From: an uncultured Candidatus Saccharibacteria bacterium
GTDB lineage: Bacteria; Patescibacteriota; Minisyncoccia; Minisyncoccales; PWPS01
NCBI GenBank assembly: GCA_964460255.1
Contig: CAYWPY010000001.1
Coordinates: forward strand, 1-56,576
Direction: 5' to 3'
DNA: 56,576 bases
Part shown: in pieces, positions 26,719 to 35,773 of the stretch
How positions within the stretch are numbered: position 1 is the first letter of the stretch
How the letters are laid out: the number at the start of each line of letters is the position of its first letter
Made by a program: the position numbers and the translations under genes
Notes under the pieces: generated by a model
Database searches by the model: none
The model's input: the letters and a program-made list of their open reading frames with translations, nothing else
Told to the model about the DNA's origin: nothing

Positions 26719-28008
26719 CTACTCCATTAAAAAATCAAAAATTTTCTGATTTTTGATCATATCTCCAACATAACCACGTAATCTTTCTAAATTTTCATCT
26801 GACTCCTCTTCTTTACTTCTTCCGGATGCGGCAAAATGATTATCAATTTCCTCTTCAATCTCTTCTTTGGTTGGTTCTATGTTTTCGGTTTCCGCTATTT
26901 TATGTAAAATAATTGCTGCCGCAACATTGTCTTCTGCTTTTTCCCTCCATTCGTCACGTACATCATCCTCAGTTTTATTAATTTCTTTTAAATAATTATC
27001 AAAACTTTTACCCATTTGCTGTACTTTTCTTTCCATTTGGTGCTTCATATTATCCAGTTCTCTTTCAACAAGTATTTCCGGAATATCCAACTCTGTATTT
27101 TTAATTAATTTCTGAACAATTTCCATTTTAACTTTTTCTCTTTTCTTGGCTTCTTTTTCACTTTTAATACCTTCTTCTATTTTTTCTTTTAATTCCTCCA
27201 TTCCGGAAACATTTTTGTGCAAAGAACTGGCGAATTCATCAGTCAGTTCGGGTAACTCTTTCTCCGAAACTGATTCTAATTTTAAATCAAATTCTATTTC
27301 TTTTCCGGCAATTTCTTTATTTGGATTGTCTTCTTTAATCTTGATGCTGAATTGTTTATCGTCTCCGGCTTTCATTCCAATTATGTGATCCTCAAAACCT
27401 TCCAAAGCATCAAATTGCCCCTGCCCAAGAGTAAATTCCAAATCTTCTTTATCAATAACTTCTTTATTATCATCAATTTTTCCCGAAAAAGTTATTTTTA
27501 CTTCATCTTCATCTTTTGCCTCACGATCAACTTCCCTGGAAATTGCTCTCGATTTTTGAATTCTTTCAATAGTTTGATCAATCTCCATTTGTTCGACGTT
27601 AACTTCGCTACTTTCTTCCTCGACAACTTGATCAGCAAGCTCTTTATAATTAGGTAATTCAAATTCGGGCATTACGTAAAATTGAGCTTTATAGATCAAA
27701 TCATTTCCGGCTGCATTTTGATTGAATTCCACCTCCGGTTGAGAGATTGGGAATAATCCTTCTTTTTTAATTATTTCCGGATAACTTTTTTGAATTGCCA
27801 AGCTGACTGCTTCTTGCCAAACTTTATCCTTGCCGATTGAATTTTCCACAACTTCTCGAGGTGCGTTTCCGGGACGAAAACCCTTAATCTTCATTTCTTG
27901 GGATAAATTATTAGCAGCTTGGTCCAAATAGTCTTCCATTTCATCAACCGGAATAGTAACTACTATCTCTTTTTTTGATTTTTCTTTATCTTTAATTTCA
28001 AATTCCAT
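26719..28008 (-). CDS. tig: trigger factor
   Basis: N-terminal ribosome-binding signature KGFRPGNAP. 429-aa acidic protein with trigger-factor architecture. Confidence 0.9.
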   Translation of the reverse strand: MEFEIKDKEKSKKEIVVTIPVDEMEDYLDQAANNLSQEMKIKGFRPGNAPREVVENSIGKDKVWQEAVSLAIQKSYPEIIKKEGLFPISQPEVEFNQNAAGNDLIYKAQFYVMPEFELPNYKELADQVVEEESSEVNVEQMEIDQTIERIQKSRAISREVDREAKDEDEVKITFSGKIDDNKEVIDKEDLEFTLGQGQFDALEGFEDHIIGMKAGDDKQFSIKIKEDNPNKEIAGKEIEFDLKLESVSEKELPELTDEFASSLHKNVSGMEELKEKIEEGIKSEKEAKKREKVKMEIVQKLIKNTELDIPEILVERELDNMKHQMERKVQQMGKSFDNYLKEINKTEDDVRDEWREKAEDNVAAAIILHKIAETENIEPTKEEIEEEIDNHFAASGRSKEEESDENLERLRGYVGDMIKNQKIFDFLME

Positions 28009-28069
28009 ACTTGTTTTAGATTAAATTTATTCTAATTAATAGTAACATATTAGACTGAAATTACAAAAA

Positions 28070-28513
28070 TTATTCACCCATTACTTGGATTTGGACTTTT
28101 CTGGTTCTGGATCTATCCAGTTCAACAAAAAGGATTCTTTGCCATCTACCCAATTGTAATTGTCCGTCAATTAAATTTAGTGTGTTTGTCGGGGTAAGGT
28201 AAATTGACTTACAGTGAGCATGTCCGTTTGCACACTCCCCGTCACACATATTTACCGTTCTGACATTAAAATTATCATGATTATAATCAGCGTCTTCAGG
28301 AGCCAATGCGGAAAGATTCTTTTTTATATCTTTAATTAAAAGGGGTTCATTTTCATTCAAAATTAAAGTAGCTGTAGTATGCATTTACTGGATATTAACC
28401 ATCCAGTTTTCAACTCCGCTCTCTTCAACAAATTTCTCAATTTGGAAAGTGATATCAAAAAATTGTAAGGTTTCTTCGGTTTCGATTGTTATCGTCTTGT
28501 TTTTTATTGTCAT
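28070..28513 (-). pseudogene. YjbQ/UPF0047-family gene interrupted by one in-frame TAA
   Basis: Frame 28513-28388 encodes MTIKNKTITIETEETLQFFDITFQIEKFVEESGVENWMVNIQ, then TAA (28387-28385). ATG 28384 follows immediately, in the same frame, and continues MHTTATLILNENEP...GRWQRILFVELD. Together the two parts form a full-length YjbQ-like protein. Confidence 0.7.
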
Positions 28514-29490
28514 TTGTCTCTTTTTTTTATAAATTTTACTAAATCTTTAACTAGATCAAAGGGCTTGTTTTTAGGAAAAGAATTTAAAATTTTTAACGCT
28601 TTTTTTATTTCTTTATCCAACATTTCTTCCGCTTTTTTTCGAGCATCGGTTTTATTTATTAAGTTAATAGCTTTGTTAAGATCATCTTTTTTTATTTTTT
28701 CTTTATTTAAAATCTCAGCCAATTGATCACTTTTTTGTTGAGCAAGAAGAAGGACTATATTTCCTCCTTTTCTTTCTTTAATATCTTTCCCAATCTCTTT
28801 ACCGAACTTTTTTTCATCTCCGAATATATCCAATATATCATCCTTTATTTGATAAGAAACTCCCAAGCTTTCTCCAAAACGAATAGCTTCCTTTGGCTCA
28901 ATGCCGGCTAAAGATGAACCCAAACCACAGGAGAGCTTAAAAAGAGCAGCTGTTTTTTTATCAATCATCTCTTTATAATCCTCTAAAGTAACTGTTTCAT
29001 ATTTATAATCTTTATAAAAAGGATCCTTCCTTCTCAATCCTCTTTCTTGGAGGATGTCAATCATTTCTCCTTCCATTACCAATTTAGAATATTTAGAAAA
29101 TAATTCCATCTGCTCACTTTGACAATCTTTAAGTAGATCCAGAACAGTTGAAAAATAAAATGAACTGATACACATCGTTGCCGGAGCACCCCATTTTTTC
29201 CAGCTGGTTTTCTTACCTCTTCTAAATTCACCGCGATCAATTATATCATCAATCAATAAAGTATAATTGTGAAAAATCTCCACTGCAGCGGCCATTTTTA
29301 AAGCTGTTTTTAGATCATCACCTTCCAAACCCAAATAAAACTCAATAAGTAAAAAGGGTCTTAATCTCTTTCCTCCGGTATTAATTTGATAGCCGGTTAT
29401 CTCCTTAAAATTACTTTGATTTTTGCTTAAAGCTTTATTTATTAAGGGATCAACCTTTTCCTTTACTTTTTCTACTTCTTTTTTGAGCAT
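28510..29490 (-). CDS. polyprenyl diphosphate synthase (trans-IPPS, GGPP/FPP synthase-like)
   Basis: Aspartate-rich motifs LLIDDIIDR and IKDDILD. The TGA stop overlaps the ATG of the YjbQ-like frame (ATGA). Confidence 0.9.
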   Translation of the reverse strand: MLKKEVEKVKEKVDPLINKALSKNQSNFKEITGYQINTGGKRLRPFLLIEFYLGLEGDDLKTALKMAAAVEIFHNYTLLIDDIIDRGEFRRGKKTSWKKWGAPATMCISSFYFSTVLDLLKDCQSEQMELFSKYSKLVMEGEMIDILQERGLRRKDPFYKDYKYETVTLEDYKEMIDKKTAALFKLSCGLGSSLAGIEPKEAIRFGESLGVSYQIKDDILDIFGDEKKFGKEIGKDIKERKGGNIVLLLAQQKSDQLAEILNKEKIKKDDLNKAINLINKTDARKKAEEMLDKEIKKALKILNSFPKNKPFDLVKDLVKFIKKRDK

Positions 29491-29498
29491 AAAATTAA

Positions 29499-29520
29499 AA
29501 ACCGATTCAGTAAGCGGTTT
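29499..29520 (-). terminator. rho-independent terminator candidate
   Basis: The minus strand reads AAACCG-CTTACTGAAT-CGGTTT followed by TTTAATTTT. Confidence 0.45.
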
Positions 29521-29530
29521 ATGTTTTTAA

Positions 29531-29626
29531 CTATTCATCTTCGGACGAGTCACTACCATTCGGATTATTTTTTATTTTCCAAATTACGACCAATAAGATA
29601 ATAATTGAAAGTATTTTCCAACTCAT
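29531..29626 (-). CDS. small ORF, 31-aa single-pass membrane peptide (hypothetical)
   Basis: MSWKILSIIILLVVIWKIKNNPNGSDSSEDE. It starts 7 nt after the murC stop and is followed by a hairpin. No SD; below the ORF-track cut-off. Confidence 0.3.
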   Translation of the reverse strand: MSWKILSIIILLVVIWKIKNNPNGSDSSEDE

Positions 29627-29633
29627 AAATTTT

Positions 29634-30941
29634 CTATTTCTTTTTTAAAATTTTCTCCAATAAATAAACATCACCTGCTCCAATTATAGCCACTATTTCA
29701 TCTCCCTGCAACCGGTTATTTAACTCCTCTCCAACTTTTTTAAGGTTGCCGGGAAGATAGCTAACATTATTATTTTTAACTTCACTTATTAATTTTTCAG
29801 AATCTATCTTTTTCTTTATTTCTTCATTTTCCCTTCCGGAAACACTATAAATATCTAAAAGATAAAGTTTTTCAACCGGGGAGTTGTTAAAGACATTAAT
29901 AAATTTATCTTTTAGGTAATAACTTCTTTGGTATTGATGAGGTTGAAAAAGGACAACAACCTTCTTTTGAGGGTACTTTTCTTTTAGAGCTTGTAAAGTG
30001 GCTTTTAGTTCAGTTGGATGATGAGCATAGTCAATTACAACTTTTTGCTCATTCCCTTTAATGTTAATTTCCTTTTCTTCAAATCTTCGCCACGAACCCT
30101 GGTAACCGGACAAAGCTTTTAATATTTTTTTTTCATCAACATACAATAATTCTCCAACTCTATAAGATGCTAAGGCGTTTTCCAAATTATGATCTCCGGG
30201 AACTTGTAAGTGACTTTTAACCTTATTCGCCTCTTCATCTTTTTTAGAAAAGGAGATTTTATTTTTAGGTAGTTTTAGATTTGAAAGATTTTTATCTTCT
30301 TCATTAAAAATAATAGTCCCATCGCTCTTCACATTATTATTTACGTATTTTTGAAAAGTATTAATTAAATCTTCTAAATTCTTATAGAAATCCAAATGTT
30401 CACTTTCTAAATTAGTCAGAACTGCAATATCGGGATTGTAATTAAGTAAGGATCCTTGCCACTCGTCAGCTTCAATTAAAAGATACTGCGAATTTCCTTT
30501 TCGATAGTTGGAATCATTAAATTCTTTTAATTTTGTCCCCACTATAACCGTCGGATCCAACCCGGCCTCAATCAGAATTAAAGAAATCATGCAAGTAGTG
30601 GTACTTTTACCATGAGTTCCCGAAACGGCTATCGTTTTATACTTTTTAGTCAACTCCCCTAATGCTTGCGGATAACTAAGCGCTTTTATTTTTAAATCCC
30701 GGGCCTTTTTTAGTTCGGGATTATCATCCGGAATTGCCGGGGAATAAATTAAATAATCAGTTTTATCGCTTAAATTATCTTGGTTATGTCCTTTGTAGAT
30801 GGTCGCTCCCAAACGTCGTAAGTCTTTTACAGACTCATTAATCGATAAATCAGAACCGGTAACTTTATTTTTTTCTAATAAAAAATGACGAGCTAATGCC
30901 GAAATTCCGATTCCACCAATGCCGATAAAATGAATATTCAT
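29634..30941 (-). CDS. murC: UDP-N-acetylmuramate--L-alanine ligase MurC
   Basis: IHFIGIGGIGISALA N-terminus and Mur ligase P-loop GTHGKSTTT. Confidence 0.93.
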   Translation of the reverse strand: MNIHFIGIGGIGISALARHFLLEKNKVTGSDLSINESVKDLRRLGATIYKGHNQDNLSDKTDYLIYSPAIPDDNPELKKARDLKIKALSYPQALGELTKKYKTIAVSGTHGKSTTTCMISLILIEAGLDPTVIVGTKLKEFNDSNYRKGNSQYLLIEADEWQGSLLNYNPDIAVLTNLESEHLDFYKNLEDLINTFQKYVNNNVKSDGTIIFNEEDKNLSNLKLPKNKISFSKKDEEANKVKSHLQVPGDHNLENALASYRVGELLYVDEKKILKALSGYQGSWRRFEEKEINIKGNEQKVVIDYAHHPTELKATLQALKEKYPQKKVVVLFQPHQYQRSYYLKDKFINVFNNSPVEKLYLLDIYSVSGRENEEIKKKIDSEKLISEVKNNNVSYLPGNLKKVGEELNNRLQGDEIVAIIGAGDVYLLEKILKKK

Positions 30942-30945
30942 ATTT

Positions 30946-31509
30946 TTATTTAAATTTTTCTATAATATTATATTGAGCTCCTCCTTTTTTCAATTGACTT
31001 TCCATTAAATCAATTGAATCTACCATTACCTTTAAATTAAGAAATTCATCTTCCAACAGAGGTATTTCTTCAAGTGGAGTCTTTTTAAATTGAAAGGATT
31101 TAGTCCTTCCCAACGTTATATGGGGAATAAATTTCTGATTGCTTTTTTGATAATTTATTTTTTTTAATTTTAAGATTTTATCCTCTATTTTCTTTTGTAA
31201 GGATAAAATTCTCTCATTACTCTCTCCTTCCAACCAAATTAGCTTAGCCTCTCGCCTATTCGGAATATATTTAATTGAAGAAAATTCAACCGAAAAAGGT
31301 TTTAAATTTATTGATTTTAATTCTTTTTTTAAGACGGTAATTTTATCCTCCGCAATCGGCCCTAAAAAAATTAAAGTTATATGTAGATTTTCCTTTTTAG
31401 TCCACTTAACGGGGTCAAAATCAAAATAGCTTTGAATTTCTTTTCTTTTTTCAACTAATAAGTCTTTATTTTTCGGAGATATATTTATTGCTAAAAATAG
31501 TCTTTTCAT
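30946..31509 (-). CDS. thpR: RNA 2',3'-cyclic phosphodiesterase (2H phosphoesterase, ThpR/LigT-like)
   Basis: Two HxT motifs (HITLIFLG and HITLGRT) at the expected spacing in a 187-aa protein. Confidence 0.85.
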   Translation of the reverse strand: MKRLFLAINISPKNKDLLVEKRKEIQSYFDFDPVKWTKKENLHITLIFLGPIAEDKITVLKKELKSINLKPFSVEFSSIKYIPNRREAKLIWLEGESNERILSLQKKIEDKILKLKKINYQKSNQKFIPHITLGRTKSFQFKKTPLEEIPLLEDEFLNLKVMVDSIDLMESQLKKGGAQYNIIEKFK

Positions 31510-31587
31510 TGCTATATTATTAATTAAATAAAAAAAGTTATCAAGAGGTTTAAATTTAAATATTTCTCAGATATGATAAAATAAAAC

Positions 31588-32565
31588 ATGAAAAAAGCTT
31601 TTTTATATAAAAAGTTAAACAATAAAAAAACGCAATGTCAGAATTGTGCTCATTATTGTTTGTTAAAAGACAATGAAACTGGAAAGTGTAAAGTAAGGAA
31701 AAATATTAACGGAGAAGTTTTTTCTCTGAATTATGGAAACTTGGGAGCAATCAATATTGACCCGATTGAAAAAAAGCCTCTTTACCATTTTTTACCCGGA
31801 ACTGAAGCTTTATCGATCGGTTTGCCCGGCTGCTCTTTAAGTTGTAAAAATTGCCAAAATTGGAAATTAGCCAAAAAGCCAAAAGAATATCCAACTGAAA
31901 ATTTATCACCATCTAAAATAATTTCCCTTGCTAAAGAAAAAGAAATACCGACAATCGCCTATACTTATAGCGAACCATCTATGTCTTTGGAATATTCTTT
32001 AGAAACAATGAAATTAGCGAGTAAAGAAGGGATAAAAAATATTTGGGTTTCCAACGGCTTTTTTTCGAAAGAGTGCCGAAAAAAGATATTACCTTTCTTG
32101 GATGCAATTAATATTGACTTAAAAGGTTTTTCGGAAAAGTTTTATAAACGGATCTGCAACGGTAGTTTGAAGCCGGTTTTAAATACGATAGAAGGATTAA
32201 GTGGTCAAACTCATCTGGAAATAACCACATTATTAATCCCTTCTTACGTTACTAAAAATCAATTAAAAAAAATGGCAAAATTTATTGCCGGTTTGGATGA
32301 TGAAATTCCTTGGCACATAACCCAATTTTCACCTCAAGTTTCCTGGAAAATGAAAAAAGTAGATAAAACTAAAGCCGAAGATCTTTTTCTGGCGCAAAAA
32401 ATTGGAAAAGAAGCCGGATTAAAATACGTATACGCTAATAAAAATAATACTAAATGCCCAAACTGTGATAGTATGGTAGTAGAAAGAAATTTATACCAAA
32501 TAAATAGACGGGACAGTAAAGGCCGGTGTCCACAATGTAATCAAAAAATATTTAAAAATGCTTAA
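31588..32565 (+). CDS. amrS: AmmeMemoRadiSam system radical SAM enzyme
   Basis: N-terminal Cys cluster CQNCAHYC...GKC, DPIEKKPLYHFLPG, and radical SAM GCSLSCKNCQNW (CxxxCxxC). Confidence 0.88.
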   Translation: MKKAFLYKKLNNKKTQCQNCAHYCLLKDNETGKCKVRKNINGEVFSLNYGNLGAINIDPIEKKPLYHFLPGTEALSIGLPGCSLSCKNCQNWKLAKKPKEYPTENLSPSKIISLAKEKEIPTIAYTYSEPSMSLEYSLETMKLASKEGIKNIWVSNGFFSKECRKKILPFLDAINIDLKGFSEKFYKRICNGSLKPVLNTIEGLSGQTHLEITTLLIPSYVTKNQLKKMAKFIAGLDDEIPWHITQFSPQVSWKMKKVDKTKAEDLFLAQKIGKEAGLKYVYANKNNTKCPNCDSMVVERNLYQINRRDSKGRCPQCNQKIFKNA

Positions 32566-33331
32566 ATTTGCTTCAATTTGCCCTCATCCACCAATAATAA
32601 TTCCCGGAGTCGGGAATGATAACGATTTGGAAAGATGCTCCAAGACAGTTAAAGCAATGCATACTTTAGCTGATTACTTTAAAAAACAAGATTTGGACTC
32701 GGTTATAGTAATAATGCCTCACGGAAAATTTCTAACTGATAAATTTGCCGTTTACAGTTCAAAGTCATTTACCACTTCACTTCCCGGAGCCTTACTCAGT
32801 TACCAAGGTGATCAAGAGCTGGCAAAAAAAATACTAACAATCAAGGAAACTGAAAAAATAAAAAAAGGGAATATTAATTATAGCTTTTCAGTTCCCTTAC
32901 ACTATCTAAAAGAAGCGCAACCCTCCTTTAAGACAGTCCCTATTAATTATTCAAGCAAAACACCTCAAAAACACTTCCGGTTCGGAAAAAAAATATATTC
33001 ATTAATTAAAAAAGAAAAGAAAAAGATCGGTATAATAGCTTCCGGAGATTTGTCTCATAAATTAACTCCTTCCGCTCCGGCCGGATTTTCTGAGAAAGGA
33101 AAAGAGTTTGATCAAAAAATGATTAATCTTTTGGAAAAAAATCAAGTTGATAAAATACTTGATTTTGATCAAAAATTAATCTCCGCTGCCGGTCAATGTG
33201 CCTATTTATCAATTGTTACCTTGTTAGGCGTTTTGTCTTCAATACCCGTAAAGCCCGATTTACTCTCCTACGAAGGGCCTTTTGGGGTTGGTTATGGCGT
33301 AATAAATTATAAGATTAAGGATGAAAATTAA
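32558..33331 (+). CDS. class III extradiol dioxygenase-fold (LigB/Memo-like) protein of the AmmeMemoRadiSam operon
   Basis: ICPHPPIIIP N-terminus, MPHG and ASGDLSHKL His-containing motifs typical of the LigB/Memo fold. 8-nt overlap with amrS. Confidence 0.7.
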   Translation: MLKFASICPHPPIIIPGVGNDNDLERCSKTVKAMHTLADYFKKQDLDSVIVIMPHGKFLTDKFAVYSSKSFTTSLPGALLSYQGDQELAKKILTIKETEKIKKGNINYSFSVPLHYLKEAQPSFKTVPINYSSKTPQKHFRFGKKIYSLIKKEKKKIGIIASGDLSHKLTPSAPAGFSEKGKEFDQKMINLLEKNQVDKILDFDQKLISAAGQCAYLSIVTLLGVLSSIPVKPDLLSYEGPFGVGYGVINYKIKDEN

Positions 33332-33599
33332 ATTAAACAACTCAAAATCAATACTTTCCGTAATGCGTCAATTGGGCTATCATCCCGACAATCGCTCAAG
33401 TAATAAATCTTATTCCCGTTCTCTCAGTTCCGGAAAATTTCCTCGTTTCCATATCTATTACAACAAAAGCCGCAATGAATTAAATTTGCATCTGGATCAA
33501 AAAGCACCTCGTTATCAAAACACAAATGATCACGCCGGAGAATATCACGGAGAAGTGGTTGAAAAAGAAGCAAAAAGAATTAAAAGTATTTTAAATTAA
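33321..33599 (+). CDS. hypothetical 92-aa basic protein embedded in the AmmeMemoRadiSam operon
   Basis: The ORF overlaps the upstream gene by 11 nt and ends 1 nt before the amrA ATG. Ser/Arg/Lys/His-rich (…SYSRSLSSGKFPRFHIYYNK…HLDQKAPRYQNTNDHAGEYHGE). No family recognised. Confidence 0.6.
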   Translation: MKIKLNNSKSILSVMRQLGYHPDNRSSNKSYSRSLSSGKFPRFHIYYNKSRNELNLHLDQKAPRYQNTNDHAGEYHGEVVEKEAKRIKSILN

Positions 33600-33600
33600 C

Positions 33601-34113
33601 ATGCAGATAATAGATTTAACAAAAAAAGCAGTAACCGAATACGTAAAGAATAAAAAAAGAATATCTCTTTCTGAAAATATCGATAAAAAATTAAAATCTA
33701 AATCAAGGCCTCTTTTCGTAACTATTAAAAAAGAAAAGGCTTTACGTGGTTGTATGGGAACCCTTGAAGCAACGGAAAATAATTTAGGCGAAGAAATTAT
33801 CTCCAATTCAATTGCCGCTTGTCAAGATCCTCGCTTTAATCCTTTAACCGAAGCGGAATTAGAAAAATTAAATTATGAGGTTAACATTTTAAAAGAAAAG
33901 CAATTGATTAAAAAAGATGAATTGGAAGACGTAAACCCAAAAGAAGAAGGAATCATTGTCAAGGAAAATCAAAAAGCGGGTCTACTCCTTCCCGGTATAG
34001 AGGGAATAGATGATCCGAAAAAACAATTAAAAATCGCCCTTAAAAAAGCAGGAATTGAAGGAGAAGATTATAAAATACTAAAATTCAAAACCGATAAATA
34101 TGAAGGAATGTAA
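33601..34113 (+). CDS. amrA: AMMECR1-domain protein (AmmeMemoRadiSam system protein A)
   Basis: AMMECR1 signature LRGCMGTLE plus downstream QDPRFNPL and LLPG. Confidence 0.85.
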   Translation: MQIIDLTKKAVTEYVKNKKRISLSENIDKKLKSKSRPLFVTIKKEKALRGCMGTLEATENNLGEEIISNSIAACQDPRFNPLTEAELEKLNYEVNILKEKQLIKKDELEDVNPKEEGIIVKENQKAGLLLPGIEGIDDPKKQLKIALKKAGIEGEDYKILKFKTDKYEGM

Positions 34114-34846
34114 AAAAATAGTAAGTTATTTTTCTGACTTTCTGAAGGAAGAAAAAGAAAAAATATCCCCCACACTTCTAAAGTGTCGAGAAAGACACCT
34201 TAATCACTTTGAAAAGTGGTTGGCAATCAACGGAAATGAAGATGCAACTGCAGAAGAAATTACCGAAGAAACCTTATTAGATTATAAAAGATTTATAAAA
34301 AATAAAACTTCTTCTCGAGGAAAAAAAATAAGCAAAGATACTCAAAAAAACTACCTGAGAACTATTCGCTTTTTCTTTGAATTTTTAAAAAATAAGAACG
34401 TTGATTGTATTAATCCGGAAAAAATCCGTCTCACTAAAAAAGTAGAAAGTGAAATCCAACAAATAGTTAATCACTATTTCAAAACCAAGGGATTAACCCT
34501 TGAAGAACTTAAAAAAAGTGCAAAGAAAAAAGAGATAATTTATTCCCGATATACCAAACCGGCTAAACAATTATTGGAACTGTCGGGTTCAATTGAAAAA
34601 GCAAAAAAAGCAATTACTATTGTTGCTAACTGGGCTAAATCGAGAAATCTCGATTATACGATTGAAACCGTTTTAAAGAAGTGGTTGGAGATAAAAAATC
34701 TAAAACCCAAAAAAATAGAAAAAAAGCCTTTTTACAGAGGAGATCGAATGATCAAAAAAAGAGGAAAGTGGTATGTAATCGATAAACAAGGAGAATGGCT
34801 GGAGTTTGCCGGAAAAGAAGACGATATTACCTGGAAAGAAGATTAA
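34100..34846 (+). CDS. integrase core-binding (SAM-like) domain protein lacking a catalytic domain
   Basis: The N-terminal ~115 aa parallel the N-domain of the Xer-type recombinase at 15880..16854 (ISKDTQKNYLRTIRFFFEFLKNKNVDCINPEKIRLTKK versus ITKKTRNYYLIALRNLLNFFADWNIEALPAEKVKLTKE). The remaining ~130 aa have no R..HxxR..Y motifs. 14-nt overlap with amrA. Confidence 0.65.
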   Translation: MKECKKIVSYFSDFLKEEKEKISPTLLKCRERHLNHFEKWLAINGNEDATAEEITEETLLDYKRFIKNKTSSRGKKISKDTQKNYLRTIRFFFEFLKNKNVDCINPEKIRLTKKVESEIQQIVNHYFKTKGLTLEELKKSAKKKEIIYSRYTKPAKQLLELSGSIEKAKKAITIVANWAKSRNLDYTIETVLKKWLEIKNLKPKKIEKKPFYRGDRMIKKRGKWYVIDKQGEWLEFAGKEDDITWKED

Positions 34847-34864
34847 ATTTAAAACTTAAAAAAT

Positions 34865-35773
34865 ATGCACATAACATTTGCCGGAACGCCAAAGTTCAGT
34901 AAAATTGTTTTAGAAAATGCATTGGATCAATTATCAATTGATGCGGTAGTAACCGCAAGAGATAAAAAAAGTGGAAGAGGTTTAAAAAAGAAAGCTTCTC
35001 CGGTTAAAAAGATAGCTAAGAAAAATCAAATATCAGTTTTTCATAATCTGGATCAAGTTATTGAAGATACTGACTTGGTTTTGGTTGCTGCCTACGGAAA
35101 AATTATTAAAAAAAACAATTTGGAAAAACCAAAATTTGGATTTTTAAATGTTCACCCTTCTCTACTTCCCAAGTATCGGGGGCCAACTCCAATCCAAGAA
35201 GCTATTCTCAATGGTGATAAAAAAACCGGAGTTTCAATTATGAAAATGGATGAAAAGATTGATCACGGGCCGATATTAAAGCAAAAAGAAGTTGATTTAA
35301 ATCAAGATGAGTATTATCAAGACCTGGAAGAAAAATTAGCTGTACTGGGAGGAAAGTTGCTCGCTCAAACGGTAAAAAAATGGACTATGGGAAAAATTAA
35401 ATTAAAAGAGCAAAATCACGACCAAGCGACCCATACTGACTTACTAACTAAAAAAGATGGTAGAATCAATTGGAAAGAACCGGCAATTCAGATAGAAAGA
35501 AAAATAAGAGCTTACAATCCTTGGCCCGGATGTTATAGCAAAATTAATAATAATTTAGTTAAATTCTTCAAGGCTGAAGTTCAAGAGCAGACTGAAGCCG
35601 GTCCTTTTGGCAGACCCGGTAAAATATATTTGGGAACCAATGAAAAAATTGCCGTTCAAACCGGCAAAGATTTCTTACTGATTGAAGAGTTACAACTGGA
35701 AGGAAAAAAGAAAACTACTTCTAAAAACTTTCTTCAAGGGAATATTGATATTATTGGAAAAGTTTTTCACTAA
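34865..35773 (+). CDS. fmt: methionyl-tRNA formyltransferase
   Basis: Formyltransferase core NVHPSLLPKYRGPTPIQ plus a C-terminal domain. 302 aa. Confidence 0.93.
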   Translation: MHITFAGTPKFSKIVLENALDQLSIDAVVTARDKKSGRGLKKKASPVKKIAKKNQISVFHNLDQVIEDTDLVLVAAYGKIIKKNNLEKPKFGFLNVHPSLLPKYRGPTPIQEAILNGDKKTGVSIMKMDEKIDHGPILKQKEVDLNQDEYYQDLEEKLAVLGGKLLAQTVKKWTMGKIKLKEQNHDQATHTDLLTKKDGRINWKEPAIQIERKIRAYNPWPGCYSKINNNLVKFFKAEVQEQTEAGPFGRPGKIYLGTNEKIAVQTGKDFLLIEELQLEGKKKTTSKNFLQGNIDIIGKVFH

